Below, piece after piece: positions 62,919 through 64,000 of a DNA stretch of 64,000 nt. The position numbers and the translations under genes are program-made. The first letter of the stretch is position 1; the number at the start of each line of letters is the position of its first letter. The DNA comes from an uncultured Bacilli bacterium (GTDB taxonomy: Bacteria; Bacillota_I; Bacilli_A; RF39; UBA660). Location: NCBI GenBank assembly GCA_934101425.1, contig CAKOQQ010000007.1, positions 7,338 to 71,337 on the forward strand, in the 5' to 3' direction. The notes beneath the pieces are model-generated. The model had not been told where the DNA came from. It ran no database searches and saw only the letters and a program-made list of their open reading frames with translations.

Positions 62919-63284
62919 TTATTTTAATTCTACTGAAGCTCCAGCTTCTTCAAATTTAGCTTTCATTTCATTTGCTTCTTCTGATTTAACTTTTTCTTTA
63001 ACAACTCCACCGTTATCAGCAATGTCTTTAGCTTCTTTTAATCCTAAACCAGTAATTTCTCTTACTAATTTAATAACAGCTATTTTATTAGCTCCAGCTG
63101 ATGCTAATACAACATCTACTGTGCTTGGTCCTTCTTCAACTTGTGCAGCAGGAGCAGCAGCTACTGCTACAGCACTTGGATCAACACCAAATTCTTCTTT
63201 CATTGCATCTACTAATTCTTTAACTTCTAGAATTGTCATTTCTTTTAAACCATTTATAAATTCTTCTTTTGTAAATTTAGCCAT
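62919..63284 (-). CDS. rplL: 50S ribosomal protein L7/L12
   Basis: Starts MAKFTKEEFINGLKEMTILEV after AAGGAGG RBS (track ORF +6 aa). Ala-rich hinge and C-terminal KEAKDIADNGG. Confidence 0.9.
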   Translation of the reverse strand: MAKFTKEEFINGLKEMTILEVKELVDAMKEEFGVDPSAVAVAAAPAAQVEEGPSTVDVVLASAGANKIAVIKLVREITGLGLKEAKDIADNGGVVKEKVKSEEANEMKAKFEEAGASVELK

Positions 63285-63301
63285 TTTAAATTCCTCCTTC
63301 A

Positions 63302-63793
63302 TTATTTTTCTAAATTTTCACTATATAAATTTAATCCTATAGATAAGTCTCTTACAGTACCCATAAGTCCACTTGCTAACATAGTTAGTAATTCTTGTCT
63401 TGATGGTAATGTAGCTAACTTATTTAATGTTTCGATAGCAGTTATGTCGCCATCTATGATACCAGCTTTAATTTCTAATGCTGGGTGCTTTTTAGCATAT
63501 TCATATAAAACTTTTAATGGTGCAATTGCATCCTTACTAAATGCTATTGCTTTAGGTCCATTAAAGTGTTCTTTTAAATCATAATTACAACTTGTTAATG
63601 CTCTATCAGCAAGTGTATTTTTATAAACTTTAACTTCTGAATCATTATTTCTTAGATTTTTTCTAAGTTCAGTCATTTCATCAACAGTAAGTCCTCTGTA
63701 TTCAAATAAAATGATTGAAGATGATTCTTTAACCTTTGAAGCAATTTCATTTACTACTTCTTTTTTTCTTTCAATAATCTTATTATTTGCCAT
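63302..63793 (-). CDS. rplJ: 50S ribosomal protein L10
   Basis: 163 aa. MANNKIIERKKEVVNEIASKV. GGGAGG RBS. Confidence 0.9.
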   Translation of the reverse strand: MANNKIIERKKEVVNEIASKVKESSSIILFEYRGLTVDEMTELRKNLRNNDSEVKVYKNTLADRALTSCNYDLKEHFNGPKAIAFSKDAIAPLKVLYEYAKKHPALEIKAGIIDGDITAIETLNKLATLPSRQELLTMLASGLMGTVRDLSIGLNLYSENLEK

Positions 63794-63930
63794 TTCACAC
63801 CTCCCTAGGCTAATGTACCAAATAAAAGCCTTACTAAAACAGTAAGGCCGAATAAACTTTATTATTAAGTTCCTCGGTAGGAAATATTAAGCTTTCGCTC
63901 CTACTGTCTATGGTACTAAATTATTTAATT
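63794..63930 (-). promoter_or_regulatory. rplJ (L10) leader with hairpin+U-tract attenuator
   Basis: GCCTTACTgttttAGTAAGGC (63828-63848) followed by TTTTATTTGG on the minus strand, immediately 5' of the rplJ RBS. Its position matches the L10-leader autoregulatory element of Bacillota. Confidence 0.4.
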
Positions 63931-64000
63931 TTTCAAGAACAAATTGATTATAACATACTTTTTATTAAATGTCAAAAGAATTTAAATCAATTTTAATTCC

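Overview
This 64 kb window is very AT-rich chromosomal DNA from a low-GC Gram-positive bacterium (Bacillota). Genes are mostly on the minus strand and gene order follows Bacillus-type synteny. SD sites are strong AGGTGA/GGAGG motifs. The window ends in the rplJ-rplL-ybxB-like-rpoB-rpoC block. Other conserved blocks are lexA | small SOS-type gene-tkt-yneF-murF, cvpA/thioredoxin/rsmE/mtaB, rnhC, recD2, tgt, glyA-folD, queH, a single tRNA-Met(CAT), rarA, holA and a XerC/D recombinase. Two accessory blocks encode cell-envelope glycopolymer synthesis. The first (11.7-18.6 kb) has a hexapeptide acetyltransferase, two paralogous GT4s, wecB/mnaA, tagA, a Wzy-like membrane protein and a GT2. The second (32.5-40.5 kb) has a Wzx flippase, a TagB/F-like glycerophosphotransferase, an acyltransferase-3, a GH73 autolysin with Ig-like repeats and a CDP-alcohol phosphatidyltransferase. 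Large surface proteins are a 6-PASTA-repeat protein, a 1157-aa GH73 protein and a roughly 910-aa GLUG/beta-helix protein. The most striking element is a roughly 620-nt ORF-free, GC-enriched segment (11018-11637, minus strand) with nested helices. It is driven by a near-consensus sigma-A promoter with an extended -10 and lies immediately upstream of a small 4-TM membrane protein gene in the same orientation. I interpret this as a candidate OLE-like large structured ncRNA with an OapA-like partner. Other points: a divergent lexA / small-TM-protein SOS region with Cheo-box-like palindromes overlapping both promoters, and a tgt-apbE-NusG_II-Gx-FMN-lipoprotein flavinylation-type operon. Rho-independent terminator hairpins abutting a TGnTATAAT -10 and an RBS recur throughout, and one 50-bp copy of this module is duplicated almost exactly at two loci. 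There are no CRISPR arrays, transposases or prophage genes. Coordinates I derived by hand (not from the ORF track) may be off by 1-2 nt.
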